From Lepidodermella squamata (Eukaryota; Animalia; Gastrotricha): 64,000 bases of DNA. Below, piece after piece: positions 23,181-36,604 of this stretch. Position numbers and translations under genes: made by a program. The DNA lies in the NCBI GenBank assembly GCA_047495785.1, contig JBLDXI010000007.1, positions 3,286,001 through 3,350,000 of the forward strand, read 5' to 3'. The stretch's first letter is position 1; each line of letters starts with the position of its first letter. A model generated the notes under the pieces. That model saw only the letters and a list, made by a program, of their open reading frames with translations. It ran no database searches and was not told where the DNA came from.

Positions 23181-24399
23181 AGCTAAATTCAGTCCGTTTT
23201 TACTCAGAACAGTGGAAACAGTTTGCTAAGACACATATTTCACCTCGGCTGAAAACATGAAAGCGCACAACAAACATGGCAGAACTCTTGTTAGCGGAAG
23301 TCACTTCTAGTGGAAATGTTCATTGCGTAACTCATACTCTCTGGAATCTTCATATTTCCATGGTTATGGGATGCACCTTATTAAAACAGGGAGCAGGGGC
23401 GTAAGCATTAGAATGGCCAGATGGTTTATTCTATGTCATTACCAATTAATTATAAAGTCTCTCATCAGACGGTTGAGTGTTGTTTTTCACGCAACCAAAA
23501 TTATTATCCACATTATTTCATTAGAATTTGAGAAAATCCAATGTTCCCTCTATGATATACATTTTCTAAATTTCAACTGTATTCCTTGAAATTCCTTGAA
23601 AATCCCTGAAAAATAATGGTGCAATTGCCCTAAAAAATGGCACTGTGCAGCACACACAGTGCATTGGAATTACTCCTCAGCAATTTTTCTCTTAAGGAGC
23701 ATTTAACCACAGCAATGATTCGAAAAGTCGAAAAATAGGTATTTACTCCTCGTAAAGCATTTAATCCTAAAACAAATTGAGTTCGGGTCATCCGAGAAAA
23801 TTAAACATTAGTTGTTTACAGTGTAGGGAACGAAATTACTGAACAGGGAAAATGTCGCGTGTCTAAAGCTTTTCACGAGGGACCGGCACTCGCCGATTTA
23901 ATTGAGGCGTCTCAAAGCAGGTCCGCTGGGGTGCTGGTGTGTCGCGACATCCCAGCTCCCGGATTCCAACCAGAAGGAGGCTGAAAAAACCACATGTAGG
24001 ATCACAGGTAGCCATTCTAGGTTCCTTCTATTTCAAAATGCAAAAACTAAATCAGAAAAATCGAGGGGGAACTGGCCATGTGGTTGATATCAAATTTGAC
24101 GACAGCGCAAAGGTGAGCGCTAAATAAATCTAGAAAAGTATCTAGCTCGGCAACCGTCTATCACATGTTTGTATTCAGTAAACCAAAATTGCTTGCTCTA
24201 TCCATTCATGTCTCTGCAACGTTACTTCTGTTTAGGATCTAATTCATATCTCGTGCCAGGTCCTCACCAAATTCGCTAACAAAAGCAGCAGCGATCGCAG
24301 GACGCAGGACTTTAGTCGTGCTAAACAGCTGAGTGTGGATAGAGATGAACGCAACTAAAGCTAAGTTAGCATGAAAGTGAACGTTTGAAGTTCCGGCCC

Positions 24400-24600
24400 G
24401 ATGATGGCGATAACCTGCGGGGGAGCATTGATCATTGATCTGCTTATTCGCATGAAAGCATGAAAATAGTGCGGCTCGTTACTGGAATCAATTCAATTTT
24501 ACCCCGCAGTTTTTTCATCCTGGGCGAAGAAAAATGTCCTGTTACGTTTGAGTACTCTAGTCAGTTTATTTTTGCTCATGATTTCAATTCGAATAAATGC
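24400..24600 (+). pseudogene. Second degenerate copy of the 3' end of the 7169-10377 channel gene
   Basis: ATGATGGCGAT..CTCGTTACTGGAATC..AAATGTCCTGTTACGTTTGAGTACT..AATAAAT parallels ~10180-10420. Confidence 0.65.
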
Positions 24601-24661
24601 TTTCAATTATATTTTAAACGTCGTTAATGGGTAGTAAGAGCGGGGGAGAGACGCTGAGAGT

Positions 24662-27150
24662 TTAGTAGGCGGAAAAAGCGACAAATGATGCATAAACATT
24701 GACTGCAAGGAATGTGTCCATTGTAATCATGAAAACAACTAGATCAAAGGCTCGGGCGATACTGAGCGGTTTCAAGCAAGAAGGCAATTCTCGCTTCCGA
24801 TGCATCATCCACGGATAGCGAATTGTCATAGCGTACATAACTGCTTCGTATAACGTGATGCCACCAGTTAATCCAGCCATGATCAGAATATACTCAGCCA
24901 TCAAGACAGATTCTGACGTTTCAGGAATCAGTTTCATAACATCAGATTCAATGACAATCAAACTCAAGAGTAGGGTAGCTGAGAAGGCAGCGCGATCCGG
25001 AACATTTGGCTGGAATAGCAACGACCCAAATACCAGCAAAAGTAGGATCAGAGACGGTGCGAGACTGTTAACCAAATACGGAGCCGATATTCGTGAAAAT
25101 GTTACCGTAAATCGAGCGTAGCCTGATGTAAGCTTCTTCCGCATAAGAGACCGTGTCGTTCCATACATCGAGCTTGCGGATTCAAGCTTCCACAGCTCAC
25201 TTTCGAATGAGCCATCAAAAGCCAGTTGAGTACCAACTACAGTTAAAAATTGATCAGATTCCTCGAGAACGAATGTGAAATCACATTGCTGCGAGTCGAA
25301 CGGAAATTTACGAAGCTTCAAGAGGCATTGCGCATTCAAGATACCGAAGCGGAACCAGTGGAAAAACAATGTACGATTGGGCGTTGTTGGGAAGTATACA
25401 ATTTGAACCTGTTCTCGAAACCCGGTTTCCATATAAATATCTGTAGACGTATTGGCAAATCGGAGGAAAGGGGTCCATACATCGCTCCTATCCACAGTGT
25501 AAATGCGTTCTGGGTCTGATACGCCGGGCGCTGTGATGTCAGCTGGGCAAGATGTAACAGTCCACTGAACTAATAAGCATCCGCCGACGGATATTTCGCG
25601 AGCCTTAGCATCGATATCGACCAAACGCTGCATTTCTAGAGTGACGTAGATTTGTGTTCCGAAAGATGGAGATCTGTAACAATTCAGATATTGGTCATAA
25701 CAGATTATCATCGCAATACTTACTTCGCCAGTGGGCTTAAAGATTTGCAAGGCTTGATGTCGTCCGTAGATATTTTAGGCAGGATGTTACCGTCTATCAT
25801 TTCAGGAATCGGGAAATTGTAGTCGTTCGACTCGAATTGATAAGTAGCTTCAGCTTTTGTTGTTGGCGCAACTTCGCTAGAAGTACTGGTCGCAGTAGAT
25901 GACGTCTCTGTTGTAGTCGAAGTGCTAGTGGAAGGACTTGTAGAGCTTGTGGATGGACTAGTTGTTGCTTGCGATGTTGATGAGCTGGACGCAGCTGTGC
26001 TGCTTGAACGTTTTGAGCTTGATACTGTTGATTGAGTTGTAGTGGGTTGCGTTGTAGTACTGGTTGAAGGCGCAGTTGATGTCGTAGAAGCCGTTGTTGT
26101 GGGAGTCGTAGGCTTAGTAGTCGTGGTTATCGTAGTAGTGGTAGTCGTAGTGCTCGATGTTGAAGGGCTTGAAGCAAGAGTCCAGAATCGGAAATTCTTC
26201 ATATTATAGTAGCCGTGATCATAACTACAAAAAGAGATTGCCCTCAGCTTCACATTTCCCGTTGCTAAGGTAGTCTGGAATCCATTAATGCTCACGTCGC
26301 TGAAACACGTTGAGACCTGAGAGCCACTTGGAGACGCGATCCCAACAGACAACTTATCGCCGTAAACTTGAATAATCAATTTGTAATTCACGTTTCCGGT
26401 CGAGTCGAGAATGGTCCCACCACATCCGGGTGATGACGTTGCCGCAAGGGGTGAGCATGGCAGGCTGCAAGTCGAGGATGTTGCTGAGGTTGTATGCCAA
26501 GCGTAGGCTTTTCCATTGGGCATCAGCTCTTGAAATACGCTCAGTCCCTGAACGTATTGAATTGTGTCAAAGCAGCTATCGTAGCTGCCTGAAATCCACT
26601 CACATTAATGACAAATTCACCTCATGAATCAACTTAACTCACTGGGGTAATTAGGCGAAACACTGGAGAAAACCATTGCGAGCCAAGCTCTTGAGGAAGC
26701 GTTGTTGCTCGCACTGTAAACAGCTGTTATATCCATTTCAGCTCGCCAGTTCAAAGCAGTCGCGTCAATATACTAAAAGTAAAAGGATGAGACGAATAAA
26801 GAACTCTTTCGAACGTCGGTTTGTTTTACCTGATCTGAAGAGATTCTGCCGTAGTCTGAAGAATCCCCAATGTCTCCTATTTGATACGCATTACCCAAAT
26901 CGTCGGCGTAAGTATACAAAGATAGGGTCATAGACTGCGAAACGCTCGAATTTGCTTTGTCGAACGAGAATGCTGATTGGTAAGACGCGGTTCCAGCATA
27001 CAGGTACGGTAACGGGAAGCTCGCAACGTCGGGAGTTGGTGTGATCATCGATTCTAGAAACTTCTATGATTTTAGGATTAAAAATGCCAGCAGTGACTTA
27101 CCAATGCAACTGATGCACGCCATTAATGTCAGCGAAATGAGTAGATTCAT
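24662..27150 (-). CDS. Stalked Cys-loop channel copy C, 759 aa
   Basis: Exons 27150-27102, 27053-26830, 26772-26643, 26588-25724, 25673-24662 (2280 nt, in frame). Confidence 0.9.
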
Positions 27151-27684
27151 TGTTCGTGATACTTTCGTGAAAACCAAGATTTATGGTATGACTGCTATTA
27201 TTCATAACTGTGTCGCTTGCGCCGATTTTTTCATTTTTATAGCTGCTATTAGTGTAACATAGATATATATGCGAATGTCGTGAATTGGACAAACGACAAA
27301 TCAATTGGATCAGCTATTATTGGAGCGTCTGAGCCTGTTTGTTTTACTTTTCGTGGCTGTGTTAAAGCAGACATTCGCTTTTTGTTACCACTCCATCACT
27401 TAGCACTTAGCGCTAAATGCTTTCAAAATTCACGCTCTGTTTTTAAGCAGCAAACGCCTCTGCAGACAGCGTGCAAAAAACAGGTGAAAACAGGTAAACT
27501 AAGGAAGACGCAGGGCATTTTTACTCCCTAGACTTTGGCCATAGCGATAGTTATCTGGATTTAACACTCTAAAGATATGACATGGGTATAAAGCAGAAAT
27601 CGGTTGATACATAATTTTGGACTTAAGACAAGTCTTTTTTAGGTATGAGTCATGAATAAATTAAATTATTACTGGATGTTTTCA

Positions 27685-28535
27685 ATTAAGCATGTGCGGA
27701 ACTAGGTTTGAAAATCAGCAGCATTAGTAAAACTCAATACATGGTCATCGGTGAGGATAAAAACTATCAACTTGAATTAGACGGCAAACCATTGGAAAAA
27801 GTGACGTCTTTCAAATATTTAGGAAGCATCACTACTTCCGATGGGAAAATGGACGAGGAGATCAAGGCACGCATAGCGAAAGCTGGCGGCTGCTTTGATG
27901 CCCTCAATAAACTTATGCGTGCAATAGAAAACACGTCAGCTTAGCTACGACATTGAAAATTCAAAAATGCGAAACCTGGAACTCGACCACCCAACAAGAG
28001 CAAAGGCCAAATGTCGCTTTTTTGCGCTGGCTTAGAACAATTATTGGTCTGTTTAGGACAGATCATATTCCCAATATTGATATTAGACTGATCTGTGACG
28101 TGATGGAATTGAGTGAATTGATTGTAACATTCCGTCTGAAATATTTTGGCCATAAACTTAATCGACAGGATGAATATGACCTGAAAGTCTCACGAGTATT
28201 ATGTATTACTGGGAAGCGGTCGACCTGAGTTGGTACTTGCCTCGTGGCAGGCCGCCAACCCGACGGTCTGACAGCCTCTGAAGAAGCCTTCTAAAAATTG
28301 AAATTTTTATACACAAGAAAAACGTATCAGGGATCCAAATGAACCTAAAAAACGAGGACGACCTCGTAAATCAGCCCTTTTGATGCGACGCACCGAAATT
28401 CATAAAATTGCGGATTTAGAGTTGGCGGAAATAACAGCTAGATACCGGGACGAATGACAGCTATTATGTAACAGCATAGAGAACGGCACAATTTATTCAA
28501 CAAGCAGTTGCAATCAGTAATCAGTTATTATTAAA
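27685..28535 (+). mobile_element. 5'-truncated, degenerate RTE-type LINE (RT C-terminus)
   Basis: KTQYM..LEKVTSFKYLGS..EIKARIAKA, CETW, RLKYFGH and RGRP motifs across broken frames; short TTA tail. Ends are approximate. Confidence 0.8.
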
Positions 28536-28947
28536 TCCAAATTGACAACATAGACCGCGAGAATGAAAGCGATGGAATGACGCTACCGAAAATCATACTT
28601 CATTGAAGCATCTTTCATATTCAACACTCTACAATTTACAGCACAGGGAAAAGACTGGTATTGGTAATACGTAAAGAGCATTCAAGTTTGCTGAGGCACA
28701 ACTAGACAGAGCCAAGAGTGTGCAAGGAAACGAGGGGGTTTGGTCGAATGAATTCGGGGCAAAAACCAACCTCGAGGATCCTGCTTCTACTGAAAACCAA
28801 ATTAGGATAGAAATAGGTTTACGCTTTGGTGGATGTTGTTTTGCGCGTCAATTGACGCCGTCCGCAAGAAAGGGCTGGTAATTCGGGGTGGGAGTGTAGC
28901 AAAATGATGAATGAGGCTTTTCATTTGCGATAGTTTCAATCCGAATA

Positions 28948-31693
28948 CTAACCGAACGCAACAACTACAGCGTAAACATTAAGTGTTAAAAAAATGTCAA
29001 TGGCTAGAAAGAAGGCTGCCACGTCCATAGCTCGAGCGCAGCTCATGCCAGTCTTTCTTGATAAAAACTCAGTTTTCTTGTTCATAACTACAGGAAAGTG
29101 ATAGATCAAAGCGACCAGGATTGCCTGATACATGGTTATCATTCCGGACAGCCCACACAGCCCTAGGATATACTCAGTAAGCAAGGCACGCTCCGACGTC
29201 TCAGGAATCTGATTCATAATGCCCGATTGAAGGACAATCATACTCAACAGCAAGCAAACAGAGAAAGAAGCTCGATCAGCATTATCAGGCTGAAAAATCA
29301 ATGAACCGACAGCTAGCGCCGCAAGGAGAAGACCTGGACTCAATAAGTTGATCAAATACGGCGTCGGCTTTCGTGAAAAATCGACAGTGAATCGAACAAA
29401 GCTCGACGTTTGATTCTTGCGAAGAAGAGATTTTGTTATTCCAAAACGAGATGCAGTAGAATCGAGCCGCCACATCTCGCTTTCGAATGATTCGCCAAAG
29501 TCAAGGTCAGACCCCGCAACTTCCAGGAATCGATCGGACTCCTCGAAGATGAACGTGAAATCACATCGCTGTGAGTCGAATGGGAATTTCCTCAATTTAA
29601 GTTGACACTGAGCAGTTAGGATGCCATATCTCAGCCAGTGGAAAAACAGCGTTCTATTCGGCGAAGTTGGGTAGTAGACAATTTGAACTTGCTCCCGTAA
29701 GCTTTCGTGCATATAGATGTCGGTTGAGGTGTTGGCGAAACGAACATAGGGCACCCAAACCTGAGCCCTATCGATTGTATACACACGCTCAGCTGCATCG
29801 ACATTCGGAGCTGTTATTTCCTGGGGACAATTTGAAACCATCCATTGTAAAGCTAAGCTTCCTCCCACTGAGATCTCCCTAGCTTTAGCGTCGATATCGA
29901 TCAGACGATAGAGCTCGAGCGTCGCATATATTTTTGTTCCAGCACTGGGAGATCTTCAACGTAATGATATGATGCACCATTTGGAAAAATTAGAAAGTTA
30001 CTAACCTGACATTTGGATTGATGTACATACAGGGCATGAGGTCTGAGACAGAAATGAGAGGGATGATATTGCCCTCTATGAGATCGGGAATCGGGAAATT
30101 TGTGCTGTTTGACTTGAACGTGAATGTTCTTTGCTCCGTTGGAGCTGTTGTAACCGGCCGTCTCGATGCATGAAAGCCGATTTTAGAACCTGAGGGAATA
30201 GTTGTACGAGTCGGCGATGTTCTAAGAGTTGAAGTTGAAGGCGAACTGGAAGTTGAAGTTGCCGATAAGCTTGCTGTTAATGTTGATGATGATGAACTTG
30301 ATGTGTCCGCTGATGACGTTTCTAGTGGTGATGTTCCAGCGGAGCTTTTCGAGGTCGTTGAAGTTACTGGGGATGCCATTGTTGTAGAAGTAGAGGATGA
30401 TATCGCTGAGGTCGAGGTTGATGTTTGCTTGTTTGTCGACGTCGTTGTTGCTGCTGAGGTTGTACTTGATGCTGGAACTGTCGTAGTGGAAGGAGAAGAT
30501 GAAGACGTCGAGGCTGAAGTTGGAGCAGCGGTCGACGTCTTTGTTGATGTCGTCGTTGAGCTCGAGGTTGAAGATGTGGTTGTAGACCGTGTTGTTGTGC
30601 TGGATGAGGTTGGGACAGTCGTGGTAGTAGAACTTGAAGACGGCTGAGTTGTTGTTGATGACGACGGCGTAGAGGTCGTAGTCGCGCTGCTGCTTGATAG
30701 TTTCCAAACGTAGAATTTCTTCATGATGTAATGTCCGTGATTATAAAAGCAATAAGCAAAAAAACGGAGTTTCATATTGCCGCTGGCTACCAAGGTTGAA
30801 AACCCAGAGATGTTAACGTAGTCGAAGCACGTGGACGCGGCTTGACCGTTAGCAACAGGAGCAATCGCTACCGTGAGGAGATCGCCGTAAACTTGCATTA
30901 TGAGCCGAAAATTCACTGAGCCCGAGGAGTCAAACATAGAACTGCCGCACCCCGGCGCGGAAGTAGCCACAATCGGGGAGCAGGGTAATTGGCATGTTGA
31001 ATTGACCGTCGTTGGACTGTAGAAGGCATGGAGCCTGCCGTTGGGCATCAATTCTTGCCAAAGGCCAAGGCCACTAGTATCACTAATAACGTCATAGCAG
31101 CCAACATTGTCGACTAGCGCAAAATTATTCATGAATATTGTTCTTACTTCAGGGAAATATTTCTGTTTTACCCGGATAAAATGGTGACGTACTGGAAAAC
31201 AACAAACCAAGCCAACCTTTGCTTGAGTTGGTGTTAGCCGCGTTGTAAATCGCCTTAATTTCCGTTTCTGCCCTCCAATTCACTAGCGTCGTAGTAAAAT
31301 ACTATGGGCAAAATTGAATAGGAATAGTAACTCATAACGTCACTGCCTCACGTTATCAGAGCTGATTCGTCCGTAGTCGTTGCTGTCATTCATGTCCCCG
31401 AGTTGATACGCCGTCGGGAGATCGTAACTAGTGTCGTATAGGACGAACGTACTCGAACCAGCAATGCTCAAATTCGATTTATCAAAAGAAAGCGACGCTT
31501 GGTATGTTGCGGTTCCGGCGTACAAATATGGCAGCGGTAAAGTGGCCGTGTCAGGAGTAGGAATAATTTGGCAAACTATGAATTTGAATGCTTCGTAGTA
31601 AGAATTTCAGAGACTGTGATACATACCGGTTGACATTATGAGATTTAACGTGAAAATATCTTGAAGATATTTTGATTTGCCTGAGTTAATCAT
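28948..31693 (-). CDS. Stalked Cys-loop channel copy D (subfamily 2), 844 aa
   Basis: Exons 31693-31627, 31575-31352, 31301-31172, 31113-30006, 29953-28948 (2535 nt, in frame). Cys-loop CQLKLRKFPFDSQRC. The signal peptide is weak, but exon 1 is conserved with copy F. Confidence 0.87.
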
Positions 31694-32122
31694 TGTACCA
31701 CTTGAAACGTTGTCTAGATTCGAACAAGAGGAAAAATCTGTGCTTTACTTTTGCTGCTTGCGCTGCGATTTCTAATTCATGAGCTCCTGCGAAAGCTCTC
31801 AGGCGCATTAATGCATGAGAAATATTCGAGTAGGGTTAGGCAGCAAAAGTATTGTTCGCCCATCGACCGTCGGCTAAATATCGTACAAAATCAAACACAA
31901 GCAAACATGACTGGTCTCCGTGTCCAGGACTTATCGAGTTTTTGTAGACATTCGTTCAGCGGAGTCACAATCCTGCGAATGTTCCATCAACAGACAAGTT
32001 ACAAGTTTATTGATTACTAGCTATGCCAAATAGCACATCGCACATCTCAGAATCACGTATTTCGGAGGAAATGGATTGAAAAATATGTAATCCTTGGTAT
32101 TTGTACCTTCGCTAGTTTTCAG

Positions 32123-32214
32123 CAAATACCAGCAAAAGGAGGATCAGAGACGGTGCAACGTTGTTCACTAAATATTGGCCGAATTTCGAGGAAATGTGAC
32201 TGTGAATCGAGCGT
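32123..32214 (-). pseudogene. Fragment of a stalked-channel last exon (pre-M1/M1)
   Basis: Closely matches copy E at ~49603-49695 (CAAATACCAGCA..TTGTTCACTAAATATTGGCC..GTGACTGTGAATCGAGCGT). Confidence 0.8.
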
Positions 32215-33172
32215 TTTTTATAGGATTTGCGATATCTCTCACTGTGTGAAGAATATCACTGTTAGATTTATCACGCGTTATGCAGTGTGAGGCGTTACAC
32301 AACGCGTTATAACGGACGGGGCGCGCACACCGACTGTTTCTCGCGGTATCATAACGCGTGTTCAAGTGTTCAAGTGCGCCCTTGTCGTCCGGGCGCACGC
32401 CGGTGCGTCGCCGCCTATAACAACACCATTTGCGCCGCAGCCGAAAAGCCGCGCTGCTGCGCCGCCAAACGCCGACTTTCGACTCCTGCCGGCTTCAGCC
32501 TTTTGACTGATATTATATTATCACATTCTTTTTCCGACTTTATTGCATGCCATACGGGTCAGTTCATTCACAACTTTGGTTTTTCCTTACAAGCCTCGAA
32601 ACTTGACCGCGAGAATAAAATGACACAACGACGACTCTTTGTTGAAAATAAAATGACAATCTAATGAAAATTTGTTCGGTGCCTAGTTTCCATTTCCAAG
32701 TGAGTAGCTACTTATTGCCGCTTCAAGTCAAGAGCTGTGCGGTACTTGAGGTGATTCAAAGACGCACGACTTAATAAGACACCGACCGCAGAGCAGGTGC
32801 GCGTCGGTGTCCAAGAGAGTGCGATGAGGCGAGAAAGACACCTGACGGACACCAGTCGCTGAGATAAACGGCTACACCACCTCATTTAATAATTATGAAA
32901 TTAAGGTGGCTTTTTGTTGGCCGTCTAATTACTCGCCGGAAATTTTTCTATAACGCCGCCGAATTTTTCCACGATTAAATCGCACAACAACATCCAATTT
33001 TATCAAATATTTCGCATCAATTTTCTGTCCGTTTCTCTACCACATGACCCATGACCTTCGGTGTTATTCTTTTTCGATTTTTTTTCGAATTTAATAAGCG
33101 CTATTTAAAATGTATACGTTATTTTTAGAAAGTCAAGAAAAACCGTTTACTGCAGTTTAGTCAGCTTCTGGC

Positions 33173-34525
33173 ATGGCTGAACCACCCGCGAAAAAGGCCA
33201 GGGTTGATACCGAGTTCAAGTGTTGCGCTTGCGATTCCATTTACTCGAATTGCCATAGGTTGATAAAACACACGTACGAAAAACACGCCAATTGGGCTTC
33301 TATTCCCAATTTTCGCTTTTCATGCCCGTCTTGTTTAGTCGCCTTTACTGGTATCCGCCGCTTTATTGTTCACGCTCCTTCATGCGAAAAAACGCCAGCT
33401 GTCGTAGTAGCTTCGGTTGATGAAAGTAGCACCGATCCGGCGGTGGAAATTGCGGACGCGTTTCCTTTTGCGGCCTCAGGTTCGTTGCCTCATGAGGCGC
33501 CGCATGACATCGACCCTCCAGTTTCGAAACCTAAATTCACTAATGCGCATTTTGAGAAATTCGTTGGCGAAGGCATCGATTGCTCGTTCAGCCCTCCCAC
33601 GCCGAAAACAGATGTCGAAAAAGCGTTCGACCTTGTTCTTATTCTATGCGCCGAACTTCGGCGCAAAGGTGTCGCCATGTCGTTGATCGACAAAATCGCG
33701 AGTAATTTCGTTGCTCTCGCTTCAATTTTAAGCAATGAGGAAGTTCGCCGCCAGCTTTCGTCATTATGCTCTCAAAAAAAGCGAGAAAAGTATTTAGCAT
33801 CTCGCGGCCTTTACATTGAACCCAGGGAAGTGGAACTTACCGGCGGTACTGGCTACTACATTCCATTCGAAACTTCGCTAGCTAATGTCCTTTCTCGGAA
33901 ATCGGTCCAAGATCAGATTCGAAATCCACCAGAATTTCGTGACAATTTTATGGCTGATTTTTCGCACGGTGCGTTCTATAAAAAGATTTTAGAGCAGCTA
34001 GATCAAGACCGTTGTCTAGTTATTCTATTGCACGTTGACGATTTCGGCCTAACCAACGCTATTGGCTCAGCTCGCGGCTTGCATTCCATGACCATTTTTC
34101 AGTGGCAATTAGCAAATTTACATCAGCACGTCCGCTCCACCCTTGAATCGCGCAATTTTCTCGCGGTTGCTAATTCGAAATGTTTCAAGTTGCTGTGAAT
34201 TGGCGAAAAATCCTCAAAAATTTCATCATGACATTGCTAGCTCTTGAGTTGACCGGCATTGAAGTCCCGAATGTTGGTGTGCTACCAGTTCGTTTCCTCG
34301 CCCTTCTAGCAGATTGTTTGGCTGCCAAACAAATTCTCCGCGTCTTCGTATGTTTCGGCGCAAAAATTCGGTCGATTTGTTGTCACTGTGGCGTGTCGGA
34401 AAAAAAATGGGCGATTTATGTGTTGTTGAGGTGAGCTGCTCGAAAACTCGCGAGGATATTCTCCGCCAACTTAAATTGATCGACATGGCTCCTGATCGCA
34501 AAACCCGGGCTTTCAGGAAGAAGGT
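33173..34525 (+). pseudogene. Frameshifted EnSpm-type transposase with N-terminal C2H2-like fingers
   Basis: CCACD..H..H finger; LLHVDDFGLTNAIGS..QWQLANLH; LLADCLAAKQI..CCHC follows a frameshift near 34190; a second shift occurs near 34405. Confidence 0.7.
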
Positions 34526-34792
34526 TTTCAGTCTACATTTCGTTCGTGTTGCGACGTAAGAAACCCACCGTATCCAGGTATATATATAATACAGCCGTGT
34601 AGAGGATTTAGTGATAGGATGTTCTCCAGGTATGCAAAATCATAGCATCGTAAAAGCGCAATAAAGATCCGGCGCTCTTGCACGTAATGACTATAATCAC
34701 GGTAATGAGTATCAGTGCGTTCTCTTGGACTGTTCTCAACTGAGAATTTTTGTATCAGACTAATAAAAGTTCACAATTGTTTCGATTTTGTC

Positions 34793-36604
34793 ATGTCTGC
34801 ATCGATCGAGTGGCTGAAGCCAACACCTGCCAGGCTGCTGGAGACGCGGAAACGAACGTCGTTCAATTCGATACAGCGAAAAATGGATCGAAACTCGGGA
34901 AAACCTTATCAACAAACCCAGAAACCGCAGCAATCTGTCAAAGGCAGAGAGCCTTTCTTCATCCGTTGTTTCTGCCCCAGAAATTGTTTTGAGAAATTCA
35001 CAGAAGTCACAGTTCGAGAATGCTTCAACAGCTATTGGTCTCGAGGATCTATCGATGCCAGACGCCAATTTATTAATTGCTACGTCACTCTGAATCGTGA
35101 TTCAGAAAATGGGCCGCGGCGGTTCGTTTATTCATTGCCCAGCATGTATTCCACAGCTGGATCAGCTTCAAGTCGTGATTCAACTGAAGTTTGTCGATCC
35201 TTCTTTTTGAACTGTCTCGATGAAACTCGAGCTTTTATCACCTACACGCTGGAACATAAAGTGAAAGATGGATTTTTCATCGCTCCGGATTTGCGAGGTA
35301 AAAATAATAAGCCGCCACATCGTATCAGCGACGATAGCTACAAGTTTGTTTACAATCATATCAAAAGCTACGAGGCAATAGATAACCATTACAATCGAAA
35401 GCGCTCGGACAGAAAATACCTAGCTGGATCATTGAATTTGCGTGAACTGTATCGATTTTATTGTCAAGAATACCTGAACTGGGCTTTTCGTGATAAAGTC
35501 AAGGCCGTAAAATTTTCAACTTACCGTTCGATCTTCAAACAGATGTTTCCAAAGCTGGCGTTTCATAAACCACGCAAGGTAATAACGAACTTTAATTCCT
35601 TGCTCTATCTAATATAGCTTTCATTTTGAAAGGACGCCTGTAGAAAATGCGAGCGATTTACAACGATTCCAGAAGATCTGTTCACGCACGAAATGCATGT
35701 AGAAAAGAGAGCTCACGAAAATGCAAGGGATGCTGCCAGAGAATCAAAAAATGACGATATATCTACAGCAAAACTTTCGAATGGATCAATTGCTTGTTTC
35801 GAATTCGACATGCAAGCTATTCTTGAAACCCCTTGCTGTTCAATAAAATACAAGAAAAAACTGCACACTTCAAATTTTACCATGTATGACGCTTCATCTA
35901 AGGATGCGATCTGTTTTCTCTGGGATCAAACTGAAAGCGGTCGCGGAACTGACGAAGTTGGGACGTGCCTGTTCAAGTTTATTACCGAAATGCTACAAAA
36001 AGAAGTTGAGCATCTTATTTTATGGAGTGATAGTACTGGCAGTCAGAACAAATCACAGTACATTGCGAATGCTCTTTTCGCTGCTCTTTCCATGTGTTCG
36101 GGAAAACTTCGGATAGTTGATCACAAGTTTTTCGAACCCGGTCATTCCCAAATGGAATGTGACAGCGTTCACGCTACGATAGAGCGCGAAGCCCGAAAAC
36201 GGAAGAACATCAGCTGGACGGCTGAATGGCGTGAAATAATTCTGGCATCACGAAAATCTCCGATTGACGCGGCTTTAAAACTTGCTGTTTTTGGAGCAGA
36301 AACAAAACAGCGAGATGTTGTCAGGCCATACAAAATCATCGAATTGACTTACGCCGATTTTTACAGCTTTGACAAATCTCCCAAATTTGCGCAATACTTG
36401 CAAGATGAACAGAAAAATGACGTCCGGTGGTCTGAGCCGTGCTGGTTTCGATATGAAAAAGTTCATTGGATGCGTTGTTCTACCGTTTCATTGGTTATCA
36501 ATTTCTATCAGGCTACATGGATCACAACTCCACATGCTATTCTGATTGGCTTGGGTATGCGAAGAATGACTGCGAAATACCTCTACCCCCGGAGAAAGCA
36601 GTAA
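34793..36604 (+). CDS. Sola-like DDD transposase with one intron (35579-35632); start and 3' end uncertain
   Basis: VCRSFFL, NHYNR..KYL, FHKPRK|DACRKC, FDMQ..L.TP, LWDQTESGRG, WSDSTGSQNK and GHSQMECDSVH..IE motifs. The intron joins the two ORFs in frame. Confidence 0.7.
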
